Assembly: GCA_965662845.1 (NCBI GenBank)
Contig: CBFIJD010000013.1
Location: forward strand, 1 to 64,000
Reading direction: 5' to 3'
Length of the DNA: 64,000 nt
Source of the DNA: an uncultured bacterium
GTDB lineage: Bacteria > SAR324 > NAC60-12
Part shown: positions 29,102 to 39,012 of the stretch, piece by piece
Position numbering within the stretch: the first letter of the stretch is position 1
Layout of the letters: each line of letters opens with the position of its first letter
Made by a program: the position numbers and the translations under genes
Notes under the pieces: model-generated
Told to the model about the DNA's origin: nothing
The model's database searches: none
What the model saw: the letters and a program-made list of their open reading frames with translations, nothing else

Positions 29102-29196
29102 AACTTTGTTGGGGGAAGGTTCCGCAAGTCGAACAGTGACAGGAGGGACTGCAGTTTGAGCATTGGACTCAGAAATCCGCAGCCCCAAACGCAAGC

Positions 29197-29508
29197 TTAG
29201 GCCTTAGCCGGGGTCATGCTCTTCACTGCGCTCTCCACAGTGTTCATCATGTCATCCGTCATGCTCTTCATCGCTTCATTCGCCTTACGAGCATTGGTGT
29301 ACATGGTGTTCATCATCTCCGAGTGGAGGTCGCGAGTCTGCTTGACATAGCCAGATACTTCCGACATGATCGGTGCCTTTTCCATGGTGTCATAGCTCAT
29401 CGCAAACATCTGCTTCTGCACTTCTTCTGCGGTGTCAATTCCTTTGTTCCCGTAGCCGTACAAAGTATTGTAAACGCTCTTTGCGGTGTTCATCATCTGC
29501 TCTTGCAT
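29197..29508 (-). CDS. Small Met-rich helical protein, phasin-like
   Basis: 103 aa, 15 Met, AGGAG RBS, amphipathic helical pattern, ends TPAKA. Confidence 0.7.
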   Translation of the reverse strand: MQEQMMNTAKSVYNTLYGYGNKGIDTAEEVQKQMFAMSYDTMEKAPIMSEVSGYVKQTRDLHSEMMNTMYTNARKANEAMKSMTDDMMNTVESAVKSMTPAKA

Positions 29509-29579
29509 AAAAACTCCTGACAATCGTAAATTTTTGCGACAAATGGAAGAAATCGTTGCTGGAACGCAACACAAAAACA

Positions 29580-29608
29580 AAGATACGGAACCCGATCAAA
29601 AATTGCAA
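29580..29608 (-). promoter_or_regulatory. sigma70-type promoter of the Met-rich gene
   Basis: TTGCAA-17 nt-TATCTT on the minus strand; inverted repeat GTTGC-N6-GCAAC at 29555-29570 just downstream. Confidence 0.6.
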
Positions 29609-29684
29609 CTATAATGACAATTCGTTGCCTTATTCACGAACAACTTGCCGGGCTTTGATTCGTGCCTACTGCCTTTGAAAAACC

Positions 29685-30374
29685 ATGCCACGTTCGACAA
29701 TTTTGATTGTAGAGGACGAACCGAAGATCGCCCGCTTGCTCAACGATTACCTGCAACAGGCGGATTTTTCTTGTCGTGAGACGTTGCAAATGGAGGAGAT
29801 CTTGCGGTGGGTCGACCAGAAGGCCGTTGATCTGGTGTTATTGGACTGGATGCTGCCGAACCTCAGCGGGTTAGAAGTCTGTCAACAGCTGCGGGCGTTT
29901 TCTGACATCCCAATCTTGATGATCACCGCCAAAGTTGAAGAGACCAATCGGCTCCAAGGGCTGAAGGCTGGGGCCGATGATTACATCTGTAAGCCTTTCA
30001 GTCCGCGCGAAGTGGTCGCGCGCGTGCAAGCCGTTTTGCGTCGCTCCAGCAGTGGTAAGGCGCCTGAACTCACCGTGGGGCCTTTCCGCTTGGAACCTGA
30101 GTCTCACCGAGCGTTCGTCGAACAAGCCGAGTTAGCGCTGACTCCAAACGAATTCGGTCTCTTGAGAACCTTCTTGCAGCGCCCCGGCAAGGTGTTCTCA
30201 AGAGAAGATCTCCTTCAGCACGTGCAGGGCCACTTCTACGCCGGCTACGACCGCACCATTGACACACACATCAAAAACTTACGCAAAAAGCTCACGCCCT
30301 TCGCGTTGCAACACTGCATCGACTCCGTGTATGGCGTGGGCTATCGTTTTCAGTGTGGTGAGGAAAAACCATGA
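29685..30374 (+). CDS. OmpR-family response regulator (BaeR-like)
   Basis: ILIVEDE, LLDWMLP, GADDYICKPFSPREVVARV, DRTIDTHIKNLR, VYGVGYRF. Confidence 0.93.
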   Translation: MPRSTILIVEDEPKIARLLNDYLQQADFSCRETLQMEEILRWVDQKAVDLVLLDWMLPNLSGLEVCQQLRAFSDIPILMITAKVEETNRLQGLKAGADDYICKPFSPREVVARVQAVLRRSSSGKAPELTVGPFRLEPESHRAFVEQAELALTPNEFGLLRTFLQRPGKVFSREDLLQHVQGHFYAGYDRTIDTHIKNLRKKLTPFALQHCIDSVYGVGYRFQCGEEKP

Positions 30375-30652
30375 GCACAACTCTGGAACACAACGGAATC
30401 AGTCTGCAGCAGCTTCGCGATGACATTGACCGCGTGGACGCCGAGCTGCTGCATTTGCTCAATCAACGCGCGAAACTTGTGCAGCAAGTCGGGAATCTGA
30501 AGAAGCATTGCGCCGCGCCAGTCGTTCACACTGACCGCGAGCGCGCTTTGCTGGAACGCCTGCACACGCTCAATGCGGGGCCCTTGCCCAACGCGATGCT
30601 CGACACACTGTTTCAGAATATTATTGACACGATGAAACAGCTCCAACGCTGA
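30371..30652 (+). CDS. Monofunctional chorismate mutase (AroQ type)
   Basis: LQQLRDDIDRVD..LL.LLNQRA......G..K.......RE. Confidence 0.88.
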   Translation: MSTTLEHNGISLQQLRDDIDRVDAELLHLLNQRAKLVQQVGNLKKHCAAPVVHTDRERALLERLHTLNAGPLPNAMLDTLFQNIIDTMKQLQR

Positions 30653-30656
30653 CTCT

Positions 30657-33203
30657 TCAATAAATCTTCTGCCCGCCAGTTTTTAGCTTCAAGTGCGGAA
30701 AGCCAATCTCTAACACCTCCGCAAAGTTCTTCACAAAGTGTGGCGTGATTCCGTCGCGCACGCTCTCGTCCAAATCTTGGAAGTCTTGCTCGTTCTCGGC
30801 TGGAAAAATCAGCTCTCTCACTTTGGCCCGCCGTGCCGCGATGGTTTTTTCCTTTACCCCGCCAATCGGCAACACAAGACCGGTCAGCGTCAACTCTCCT
30901 GTCATCGCTAGATTCTCACGAATCGGCGTCTCAAAAACGAGCGAGTACAGCGCACAAGCCATCGTAATTCCGGCTGAAGGGCCATCTTTCGGCGTTGCTC
31001 CCGCTGGTACATGCAAGTGAATGGTGCGCTCTGCAAAGAAATCTCGCGCTTCGGCGTCATGCTGCAACATCGCGCGAATGTAGCTATAGGCGATGTCAGC
31101 CGACTCTCTCATCACATCGCCGAGTTGCCCCGTCTGCTGCAACGTCGCGTTTTTCGCGGCGACGGCTTGGGCCTCAATGTGTAGCGTCGCGCCCCCCAAC
31201 GCCGTATAAGCCAGCCCCATCACCACTCCAACCGTAGGCTCTGCGTACACCTGCTCCTCGGCGAAAGAGCGCCGCCCCAAATAATCGGACAGCTGCTCCT
31301 TCTCAATGGTCACCGCGGTTGCAGGCGCTTCTTTCGCCCGCGCCGTCACGATTTTGCGCGCCGCTTTGCGCATCAGCTTCTTGAGTTGATTTTCTAAGTT
31401 ACGCACTCCGGCTTCTCGGGCGTAGCCATCGATCACTTCGCGGAGCACGGCTTCGCTGATCGAGAATTCTTCCGGCTTGAGCCCATGACTTTCGAGTTGG
31501 CGTGGGATGAGATGTTGCTGCGCAATCTGAAGTTTTTCTTCCAGGATATAGCCGGAGAGGCGGATCACCTCCATGCGATCTAGCAAAGGGCTGGGGATGG
31601 TATCTGTCTGATTTGCCGTACAAATAAACAGCGCCTGCGAGAGGTCAAAGCGCACATCGAGATAATGATCCAGAAAGTCTTTGTTTTGCTCAGGATCCAG
31701 CACTTCTAATAAGGCCGAAGCTGGGTCACCTCGGAAGCTGCTACCAATCTTGTCGACCTCGTCTAACATCAGCACAGGGTTGGCCGTTTTACAGGTTTTC
31801 AAGGCCTGTAAAAACTTGCCCGGCAAGGCCCCGATGTACGTTCGCCGGTGACCTTTGATCTCCGCCTCGTCGCGCATACCTCCCACCGAAAAGCGATAGA
31901 ACTCACGCCCCAAACTTTTGGCGATGGACTGACCAATGGAGGTTTTTCCCACGCCCGGAGGCCCGACCAACAGCACAATCGCCCCTGACAGATTGCCGTT
32001 GATGATGCCTACCGAAATCAATTCCAAGATGCGATCCTTCACGTCTTGGAGCCCATAGTGGTCGGCTTGTAGGATCTCTTCCGCTCGATGGATGTCGTGA
32101 TTGTCTTCGGTCAACACGCCCCACGGCAAAATCGTCAACCAGTCCAGATAGGCCCGAGTCACGTTGAACTCCGGAGAGCTGGGCTCCAGCAGCCGCAACT
32201 TCTCCAGCTCTTCTTCGATGCGTTCACGGGCCTCCTCGGTCAGAGTCAGGGAGTCCATGCGTTTACGAAATTTTTCTTCCTCGCTTTCTTTGTCGTCTTT
32301 GGTCAGCCCAAGCTCTTTTTTGATCTCTTTGAGTTGCTCTTTCAGGAAGAACTCCCGCTGCTGTGAGGACATTCGCTCTTCGATGCGCTTGTTGATCTGA
32401 GCCTGCAACTTGGCAATCTCGAGTTCTTTCTTGAGCAAGATCAGCGTGTGTTCGGTGCGCTCCCGCAGCGAGCGAGTTGCGAGGATGCTTTGTAATTCGT
32501 CGCCTTTAGAGGTCGTCATCGAGGCCGCAAAATCGGCGAGAGTCCCAGGCTCTTTCATGTTGATGTTGCCCACCAACAGCGACAGCTCCTCACGAAACAA
32601 CGGGCGCAGCTGCACTAGCTCTTTGATGCAGTTGATGATTGAGATTGCGTAGGCTTTGACCTCTTCGTCTTCGCTGGTCGGTGGGTCATACCAATAGCGC
32701 ACACGCGCATAGACCAGCGCCGCAGGCTCTGGGATTTCCACGACATCAAAACGCTCCATGCATTGCACCAGCATTTGTGTGGGGCCGCCGTCTTCTCTTT
32801 TGCCAGCTTGGACAATCCGTGCGGCCACTCCAACCGAGCTGTAGGCTTTCACCTTGCGTTCTTCCCCGTCTTCTTCTGCCTCGGCATAGAGCAGCCCCAC
32901 ATATTTCTGGTTCTCGCTCACTCCTTTGAGGATCGCTTGCTCCAAATCGGAGTTATCCACCACAATCGGGACCATCATCTTGGGGAAGAACGGCCGATCA
33001 AACAGCGGAAGGATGGGCAACGTGGGTGGCAGCAAATCACTCGCGACAATGATGGAAGTCTCGGAACGGTTAGATTCCGTGGTCTCGGCTTCGTGCGCGT
33101 CGTCTAACCCCGCCTTTCCTGAAGCATCAATTTCCACGTTCTCGACAATGATCTCCTCTGGCTTTTTTGAATCCTGATCATCCATAACCGCCCTCTTCTC
33201 CAC
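30657..33203 (-). CDS. lon: ATP-dependent Lon protease
   Basis: LON_N domain, [37 protein letters not shown]. Start may be ATG 33185. Confidence 0.97.
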   Translation of the reverse strand: MEKRAVMDDQDSKKPEEIIVENVEIDASGKAGLDDAHEAETTESNRSETSIIVASDLLPPTLPILPLFDRPFFPKMMVPIVVDNSDLEQAILKGVSENQKYVGLLYAEAEEDGEERKVKAYSSVGVAARIVQAGKREDGGPTQMLVQCMERFDVVEIPEPAALVYARVRYWYDPPTSEDEEVKAYAISIINCIKELVQLRPLFREELSLLVGNINMKEPGTLADFAASMTTSKGDELQSILATRSLRERTEHTLILLKKELEIAKLQAQINKRIEERMSSQQREFFLKEQLKEIKKELGLTKDDKESEEEKFRKRMDSLTLTEEARERIEEELEKLRLLEPSSPEFNVTRAYLDWLTILPWGVLTEDNHDIHRAEEILQADHYGLQDVKDRILELISVGIINGNLSGAIVLLVGPPGVGKTSIGQSIAKSLGREFYRFSVGGMRDEAEIKGHRRTYIGALPGKFLQALKTCKTANPVLMLDEVDKIGSSFRGDPASALLEVLDPEQNKDFLDHYLDVRFDLSQALFICTANQTDTIPSPLLDRMEVIRLSGYILEEKLQIAQQHLIPRQLESHGLKPEEFSISEAVLREVIDGYAREAGVRNLENQLKKLMRKAARKIVTARAKEAPATAVTIEKEQLSDYLGRRSFAEEQVYAEPTVGVVMGLAYTALGGATLHIEAQAVAAKNATLQQTGQLGDVMRESADIAYSYIRAMLQHDAEARDFFAERTIHLHVPAGATPKDGPSAGITMACALYSLVFETPIRENLAMTGELTLTGLVLPIGGVKEKTIAARRAKVRELIFPAENEQDFQDLDESVRDGITPHFVKNFAEVLEIGFPHLKLKTGGQKIY

Positions 33204-33385
33204 AAAGGTTCAAAAATGTCTGCGCCCAACTGCGGGCGTGAACTCACTGATTTTCACTGCATCACAACTCCTCATAAGAGGCAATCTGGCGAGCCCTTAT
33301 CTTCCTCTAACATACTTAGCGCAAATCAGGAATTTCCACCGTTGCCTAGCCGGCAGCGCACCCCCACCTCAAACTGGAGACGAAG

Positions 33386-34114
33386 ATGAAGAAGCTGATT
33401 GGAATCCTGCTGTTGCTTTGTGTCGCGACCGCAGCTCACGCAGAGAAATATGTGATTGGTGTAGAGAGCCTGAAGTACTACCCACACTATGACCATGACG
33501 AACGGCAGGAATACTTTGGCTACGCGCGGGATTTGTTTGATGCTTTTGGCGAGAAGTACGGCCACACCTTTGAATATCGGATTCTGCCCGTGACCCAACT
33601 GTGGGAGGAGTTTCTTGGCGACCAGCTCGATCTCAAATACCCCGACCACCCTGTCTGGCAAAAAGATCGTAAATCGGCGAGTGGTCTCCGCATCGAATAC
33701 AGCCGCTCTATCACGCAACATGTGGACGGTATGTTGCGCAAACCCCAAATGCTCGGCGAACCCCTGAAGGTCGTTGGCACCATCGAAGGCTTCACCCCGT
33801 GGGGTCTGGACAAGAGCATTCAAGTCCGCTACGTCCCCAACTTCACGACCCTCTTACTAGATACGATGGAGGGCAAAACAGACGCCGCCTACATCAACGT
33901 GTCCGTCGGGCGCTATCATCTGCGAGACATTCTCAAACAACCTGGACAGCTACGCTACGATGCCTCCGCGTTCAGCTCAAATGGAGAATATCTGCTCTCG
34001 ACAACAAAGCACCCCGACGTGATCCAGCAAATCAATCGGTTTCTGATGGAAGAAGAAGAGCTGGTCGATCAACTCCGCCAGAAGTACCTCGTCGATGTCT
34101 ATTCTTTAGACTGA
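33386..34114 (+). CDS. Periplasmic substrate-binding protein (family 3-like)
   Basis: Signal peptide, YYPHY, GYARDLFDAF, LKYPD, GFTPW, LLST.K; GGAG RBS. Confidence 0.8.
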   Translation: MKKLIGILLLLCVATAAHAEKYVIGVESLKYYPHYDHDERQEYFGYARDLFDAFGEKYGHTFEYRILPVTQLWEEFLGDQLDLKYPDHPVWQKDRKSASGLRIEYSRSITQHVDGMLRKPQMLGEPLKVVGTIEGFTPWGLDKSIQVRYVPNFTTLLLDTMEGKTDAAYINVSVGRYHLRDILKQPGQLRYDASAFSSNGEYLLSTTKHPDVIQQINRFLMEEEELVDQLRQKYLVDVYSLD

Positions 34115-34179
34115 TCTTCCTTGTGCGCGTCCGTTGCTCAGCGGGCGCTTCTCTCCGACGTGATCCAGCAAATCAATCG
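34014..34179 (+). repeat. Exact 25 bp direct repeat, two copies
   Basis: CCGACGTGATCCAGCAAATCAATCG at 34014-34038 and 34155-34179. Confidence 0.95.
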
Positions 34180-34639
34180 TCAAAATCTCGAACGCCATCT
34201 CTCCCACAATTCCGACCTCTGGATGCTTCCTCCAGCCCAACCGTCGATAGAATGCAGTGTGCTCTAATGTGAGCAGATAAAGCTGTGGCACTCGGAGCGC
34301 CTGTGCCTCTTCCATCACCCGCAACGTCAGCTGCGTCCCAATGCCGCGCTGTCGGGCCAATGGCGCGACCCACAGACTCGTCAGCCACGGTGTGAGATGG
34401 CGAATTTCTTCTAAGTCAAAGACCTCTAAGCTCACCGAACCCAACAGCATGTCTCCTTCGTGAGCCACTAACGTAGTCGGAATCCGGCGACGCTGCGTGT
34501 GGGCGTTCAATTCTGATCGCGCCATTTCTCGAGTCCACGAAGGGGTCAGGTGCCCCCACTCGTTCCAATGCCAATCCGCGAGTGTGTCGGCCCACTCCAA
34601 GTAGTCTGCCAGATAGCCAATGCTTACAGTTGGATCCAC
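34106..34639 (-). CDS. GNAT family N-acetyltransferase
   Basis: PWLTSLWVAP.ARQRGIGT.L, LYLLT....FY.RLGW. Confidence 0.9.
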   Translation of the reverse strand: MDPTVSIGYLADYLEWADTLADWHWNEWGHLTPSWTREMARSELNAHTQRRRIPTTLVAHEGDMLLGSVSLEVFDLEEIRHLTPWLTSLWVAPLARQRGIGTQLTLRVMEEAQALRVPQLYLLTLEHTAFYRRLGWRKHPEVGIVGEMAFEILTIDLLDHVGEKRPLSNGRAQGRSV

Positions 34640-35643
34640 GTGTCGCTCTGAGCGCTATTTTGCAAAGCATCCAACACGCGCATGTTCGCGACCGCGTCGT
34701 CTAAACCAAACGGCACCGGCTTGTCTTCAAAGACCGCTTGGGCAAACGCCTCTGCTTGCAGCGTGTATTGATTGCAAATGTTAATCTCGACGACTTGTGG
34801 CTCCGCAGAAACAAAACGCCCCCGCTCATTGTGAGACCCAGCAAACAGCGTCAGACGCGCGCGCTGGTCGGGGATAGCGTTGAACGGAACTTCAATCTCG
34901 ATGCGCCCTGTTGTCCCCAAAATCTGAACTCGCTGAAACGGCGCCACCTGTGTGGAGCAGGTGAACGTCGCTTGCCGCCCGCTGCCAAAGTCCAGCATGC
35001 CCGAAGCTAGGCGATCGGTCGCGAATCTGGGATCTTGGTCGTGCAAGGCGACCACTCGGTCTGGTTCGGCTCCAAACAGCCAGCGCGACAACGAGACACA
35101 ATAACAGCCGATGTCGAGCAATCCGCCCCCTCCCATCGTCGCTTGGTTCCGAATGTTTTGCGGATCGGCGTTGTAATACGAGAACCAAGACTGTACTGCG
35201 CGTAAATCGCCAATGTAGCCCTTTTGCGTCCACTCCTTGGCTTGTTGCCACTGCGGATGAAAGCGATACATAAACGCTTCGGCGATCTTTCGTTGTGGGA
35301 ACTGTTGGGCAAAGGCCAGCAGCTCTTGCGCGTCGGCTGCGTTCAAAGCGATCGGTTTCTCACAGAGCACATGTTTGCCGGCCTCCAGCGCGCGTTTGGC
35401 CCACTCCACATGCAGGTGATTCGGCAACGGTAGATACACCGCATCAATCGCGGGGTCTGCCAGTAGCGCCTCATACGAGGCCAGCGCCCGGGGAATGCCC
35501 AGCTCTTGCGCGAACGCTTCTGCGCTAGACAAAGAACGGGACGCAACCGCCACAATCTCATTGGTAGGGCTCTGCTGCATCGCAGGCAGACTGGTGCGTC
35601 CAAAATTGGCGGTACTGAGTACGCCCCAACGTAAAACCGGCAT
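34624..35643 (-). CDS. Gfo/Idh/MocA family oxidoreductase
   Basis: RWGVLSTA, DAVYLPLPNHLH, GKHVLCEKP, EAFMYRFHPQ, GGGGLLDIGCY. Confidence 0.93.
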   Translation of the reverse strand: MPVLRWGVLSTANFGRTSLPAMQQSPTNEIVAVASRSLSSAEAFAQELGIPRALASYEALLADPAIDAVYLPLPNHLHVEWAKRALEAGKHVLCEKPIALNAADAQELLAFAQQFPQRKIAEAFMYRFHPQWQQAKEWTQKGYIGDLRAVQSWFSYYNADPQNIRNQATMGGGGLLDIGCYCVSLSRWLFGAEPDRVVALHDQDPRFATDRLASGMLDFGSGRQATFTCSTQVAPFQRVQILGTTGRIEIEVPFNAIPDQRARLTLFAGSHNERGRFVSAEPQVVEINICNQYTLQAEAFAQAVFEDKPVPFGLDDAVANMRVLDALQNSAQSDTWIQL

Positions 35644-35992
35644 GAGAACTCCAAGGTGAGAAGTTAAAAGAGTCGCGTTTTCGAGGGGGCAGGCGGAATC
35701 GCCCCGTCTGTTCACTCATGAGACTGCAAAATTCGCTCACTCTCTGCGCGCTCGCACAGACAGCGGTCGCTTTCAGACGAAGTCGCAATGAGTTTTGGGG
35801 ACCGGGGATGTTTCTGCGGAAGGATCGTGTGGGCTCAGGCCTCGCGAAAACGCACCATCAAGTCATCCCAGTGCAAGCGCCCGTGCTACGGTCGCGCAGA
35901 GAAGTGGAAGGGTTGGCAGGTGTTTGGTTCGTGGGTGCTGAGGAGAGAGAGGCCGGAGCAGGAGAGTCGAAATCGAGGCGAAGTTTTGTTGC

Positions 35993-36067
35993 TGGTTGGG
36001 GTGGCAGGGATCGAACCTGCGCATGGCGGGATCAAAACCCGCTGCCTTACCGCTTGGCTACACCCCA
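35993..36067 (-). tRNA. tRNA-Gln(UUG)
   Basis: Reverse complement is TGGGGTGTAGCCAAGCGGTAAGGCAGCGGGTTTTGATCCCGCCATGCGCAGGTTCGATCCCTGCCACCCCAACCA. Confidence 0.97.
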
Positions 36068-36083
36068 AACAACAAAGCCAAAA

Positions 36084-36112
36084 AGCTTATGCGGTTTGTG
36101 CGAAAATTGCAA
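36084..36112 (-). promoter_or_regulatory. sigma70-type promoter of tRNA-Gln
   Basis: TTGCAA-17 nt-TAAGCT on the minus strand. Confidence 0.7.
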
Positions 36113-36117
36113 GAATT

Positions 36118-38979
36118 TTATTGATTCAGGTAATTTTCATACGCAAGCTGTCGCGTCAACGCTTCGTGCTGCTCGCTGGCGAGGCGTTTCCAGAGAACTG
36201 GTGTGGGAGTCGGCGCATCCATTAACTCACGGAAAATCTCTAGTGCGCGCTGGGTTTGTCCTTGGTCTTTATAGAGCACCCCCGTCTGATACCGCGCCCA
36301 GTTGAGTTGCTCTTGCACTCCTTCATCCGGCCACGTGGCGTATGTCGCGAGCGTTTGCTCATATTGGGCGAGAGCCGCGTCATCATTCCGCACTTTGTAG
36401 AGCATCTCAGCAGCGCGAAAGTGACTCTGAATAATATATTCGGGCACCGCTGGGTCAATGAGCGGGTGGTTGTAACGCGCCACAGCTTTCTGGAACGCTT
36501 CTGCGGCCTCCGTGTATTTTCCCATCTCTTCATACATCAGAGCGAGTTCGTAATAGAGCTCGGGGACCACTTCCGCGCGCAGCAAATCTTCATTCTGTTC
36601 ATACTTTTCGATCGTCTGTTCATAAACGAGCGCCGCGCTGCTGAACTCCTTCCCATTCTTGTAAACATCGGCCAGTTTTTTGCGCACATCTGCGTCGTAG
36701 ACACTCTCGGGATATTGCTGCAGGAACCGGGCGAGTCGATCTCGCGCCTGCTGAAAATCCTGCATCTGAATCAACGTCTCTGCGGCTTGCAACTGAATCA
36801 GCTCAAGCATCGGCCCCTCGGCGCGTGTCTCTAAAAAGCGGTACAAATCCATCGCTTCGCTGCCAAAACCTAAGCTTTGGTGAGCCTGGGCGACTTGGAA
36901 CAAGGTCGTGTCAAAGCGAAAATTGAGCAGGTACTTTGCCTTGTAATCGCGATAGATCGTCACCACTGCCAGCTCATCTGCTCGCAAAAACGCGCGGTCG
37001 ATCAGCCCCTTCAAGTTCTCGTCAATGTTCTCCTGCACAATGTTGCGTCGCACGTAGATGCTCTGCGGATACTCTTCCATAAAGTTCTCTAGCGTCGCGA
37101 TGGCCTCGCGGTATGAACCGTAGAGTGTCAACGTCAGCCCCTTGCGCAGTTTGGCCTCTTCAACTTGAGGAGAGTCGGGGTAGAGCGTGATGATCTCATC
37201 ATACGTCGCGAGCGCTTTGCGATATTCTTCAGAATACGGGCGCTCCGCCTGAATATTGGCGATCCGCAGTTTGCCCATCAACGCAATCTCCAGAGAATAG
37301 CTGCGAATGGCGTTGCTATAGGCTTCAATCGCCTTCTCTTCTTTGCCTTCTTCTCGCAGAAAATCGCCGAGGCGGAGCGCGACAAACTTAGAGAAATCAG
37401 CGTTCGGATACCGATCTAACAGCAATTGAAAGATCTCTTGCGCCACTTCATATTCCGCATTCTCGTAGTAAGTCTCACCCATGTGAAACAGCAACGTCGG
37501 GTCTCGCTGCACATAGGTGCTGTCTCGCTCGCGGGCTTGATCAAAGAATTGCTTGGCCTTTACAAACTGCTGCTTCTGATAGTACGCCTGCGCCATCTTG
37601 TAGTAGGTGGTCGAGATGTAGCGCGGGTTCGGCATGGTCTTCAGATACTCCTCGAACTGCTCAATCGCCAGATCCCACTCCCGACGCTCCACTTGGTTCA
37701 CCGCCTGCCAGAACGAAGACTCCTGCGCCTCATAAGAGGAGGGATAGTCTCGACGCAAAATTTCGTAAGTCGTGTTGGCCTCTTGATGAAATTGCATGGT
37801 CTGGTAGCTACGCCCGATCCGAAATTGAGCGTGTGGGAGCAGGTCTAATGAAAGCTCGGTCATGTTCGCAACGCGCATTGCGGTTTGGTAGTCATCAATC
37901 GCTTGGTGATAGTTGCGTCCTTGGCGTCGCTCTAGCTGTTGATATTTGGTGTCCGCGACCCGAAACAGCGCTTGCACGCCCAGTGGATTCCAGTCGTCTT
38001 CAAACTCGGTGACTGCCCGCTTCGTTTGCGCGTATGCCGAACGGAACTTCTCGACCGCTTGATCGTACTCACTGCGACGAAAATGCCCCTCGCCTTCATT
38101 GTAGGCCACACGAATCAACGCCTGCCGCCTCCGCTGCTCTCGGGCCAAGCGCTCCACTTCCTCTGGAGGGAGGGGGTTCTCTTCGGCCTCTTCAATCGCG
38201 ACATCCTGAAACTCGGGCGTTCCAAACACGCGTAGCTCCCAGCGGTCTGGTTCCCGCAACTGCTCTTTCTCGAGCCGGAAATCAGGTGAGATCTTCTCCA
38301 GCGTCAAGAAGACTTGGTTGGGATCTGTGGTCACATCGTCCACGTTGAGCCGCCCGTCTTCGTAAGGTTCTAAGCTAAAGTTGTCGCTCAGCCGCGTGTT
38401 CGGGAAACGCAGCCGCACCGTCCGCTCTTGCGGATTGTCTAAAACAAACAAACGCACCGGCCCTGAGAACGTCGCCGTCAGTTTCGTAAATTCGGGATCG
38501 GTGTCGTCATATTCCAAGTCAGTAATGCGAAACTCTGCGGGTTCTGGTTCGGGGGGAAGCGTCGCGGTGGGCAGCTCAACGGGTGGACGGAATCGAAAGA
38601 TCAGTTGGCCTGTCACCTCGGAAGGCACCATGTCGAAGACCAAGTCACGGCGACGCAGCTTAAATTGGGCCCACGTCTCGTTCTCAATTTCCATGAAGCG
38701 GATGCCTTCTAGCTGTTTGTCGTTGAACAAGCGGTCGTTGCGGCCATCAGGAAAGTCAGGGCGCGCGTTGCGGAATTTCACAACCAGCGTGCGCGCGTCT
38801 AAGTTTTCGTTCAATTCATAGATTGGCTTGCCGTTCATCTGTAGCAACACCGTCACTTGTTCGCCCTTGCGCAGCAACTCCACGCCTGTGATGCTCAATG
38901 TCTCTTGCGCGTTCGCCAGCATGGGCCCTAGGCACAAAACACACCCCAGCCAAAACCAGATTTTTCGTGCAGCTGTCAT
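36118..38979 (-). CDS. Large exported TPR protein with two N-terminal AMIN-like beta domains
   Basis: Signal peptide, two beta-rich repeats, then many TPRs of the 'YP.S' type. Confidence 0.8.
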   Translation of the reverse strand: MTAARKIWFWLGCVLCLGPMLANAQETLSITGVELLRKGEQVTVLLQMNGKPIYELNENLDARTLVVKFRNARPDFPDGRNDRLFNDKQLEGIRFMEIENETWAQFKLRRRDLVFDMVPSEVTGQLIFRFRPPVELPTATLPPEPEPAEFRITDLEYDDTDPEFTKLTATFSGPVRLFVLDNPQERTVRLRFPNTRLSDNFSLEPYEDGRLNVDDVTTDPNQVFLTLEKISPDFRLEKEQLREPDRWELRVFGTPEFQDVAIEEAEENPLPPEEVERLAREQRRRQALIRVAYNEGEGHFRRSEYDQAVEKFRSAYAQTKRAVTEFEDDWNPLGVQALFRVADTKYQQLERRQGRNYHQAIDDYQTAMRVANMTELSLDLLPHAQFRIGRSYQTMQFHQEANTTYEILRRDYPSSYEAQESSFWQAVNQVERREWDLAIEQFEEYLKTMPNPRYISTTYYKMAQAYYQKQQFVKAKQFFDQARERDSTYVQRDPTLLFHMGETYYENAEYEVAQEIFQLLLDRYPNADFSKFVALRLGDFLREEGKEEKAIEAYSNAIRSYSLEIALMGKLRIANIQAERPYSEEYRKALATYDEIITLYPDSPQVEEAKLRKGLTLTLYGSYREAIATLENFMEEYPQSIYVRRNIVQENIDENLKGLIDRAFLRADELAVVTIYRDYKAKYLLNFRFDTTLFQVAQAHQSLGFGSEAMDLYRFLETRAEGPMLELIQLQAAETLIQMQDFQQARDRLARFLQQYPESVYDADVRKKLADVYKNGKEFSSAALVYEQTIEKYEQNEDLLRAEVVPELYYELALMYEEMGKYTEAAEAFQKAVARYNHPLIDPAVPEYIIQSHFRAAEMLYKVRNDDAALAQYEQTLATYATWPDEGVQEQLNWARYQTGVLYKDQGQTQRALEIFRELMDAPTPTPVLWKRLASEQHEALTRQLAYENYLNQ

Positions 38980-39012
38980 CGGTTTTCCGTCTCTTTGAAA
39001 TTCGTCAAGCCC

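Noticed and set aside
35718..36305. 195 aa plus-strand ORF
   Set aside because: Runs antisense across tRNA-Gln and the end of the TPR gene; no protein features.
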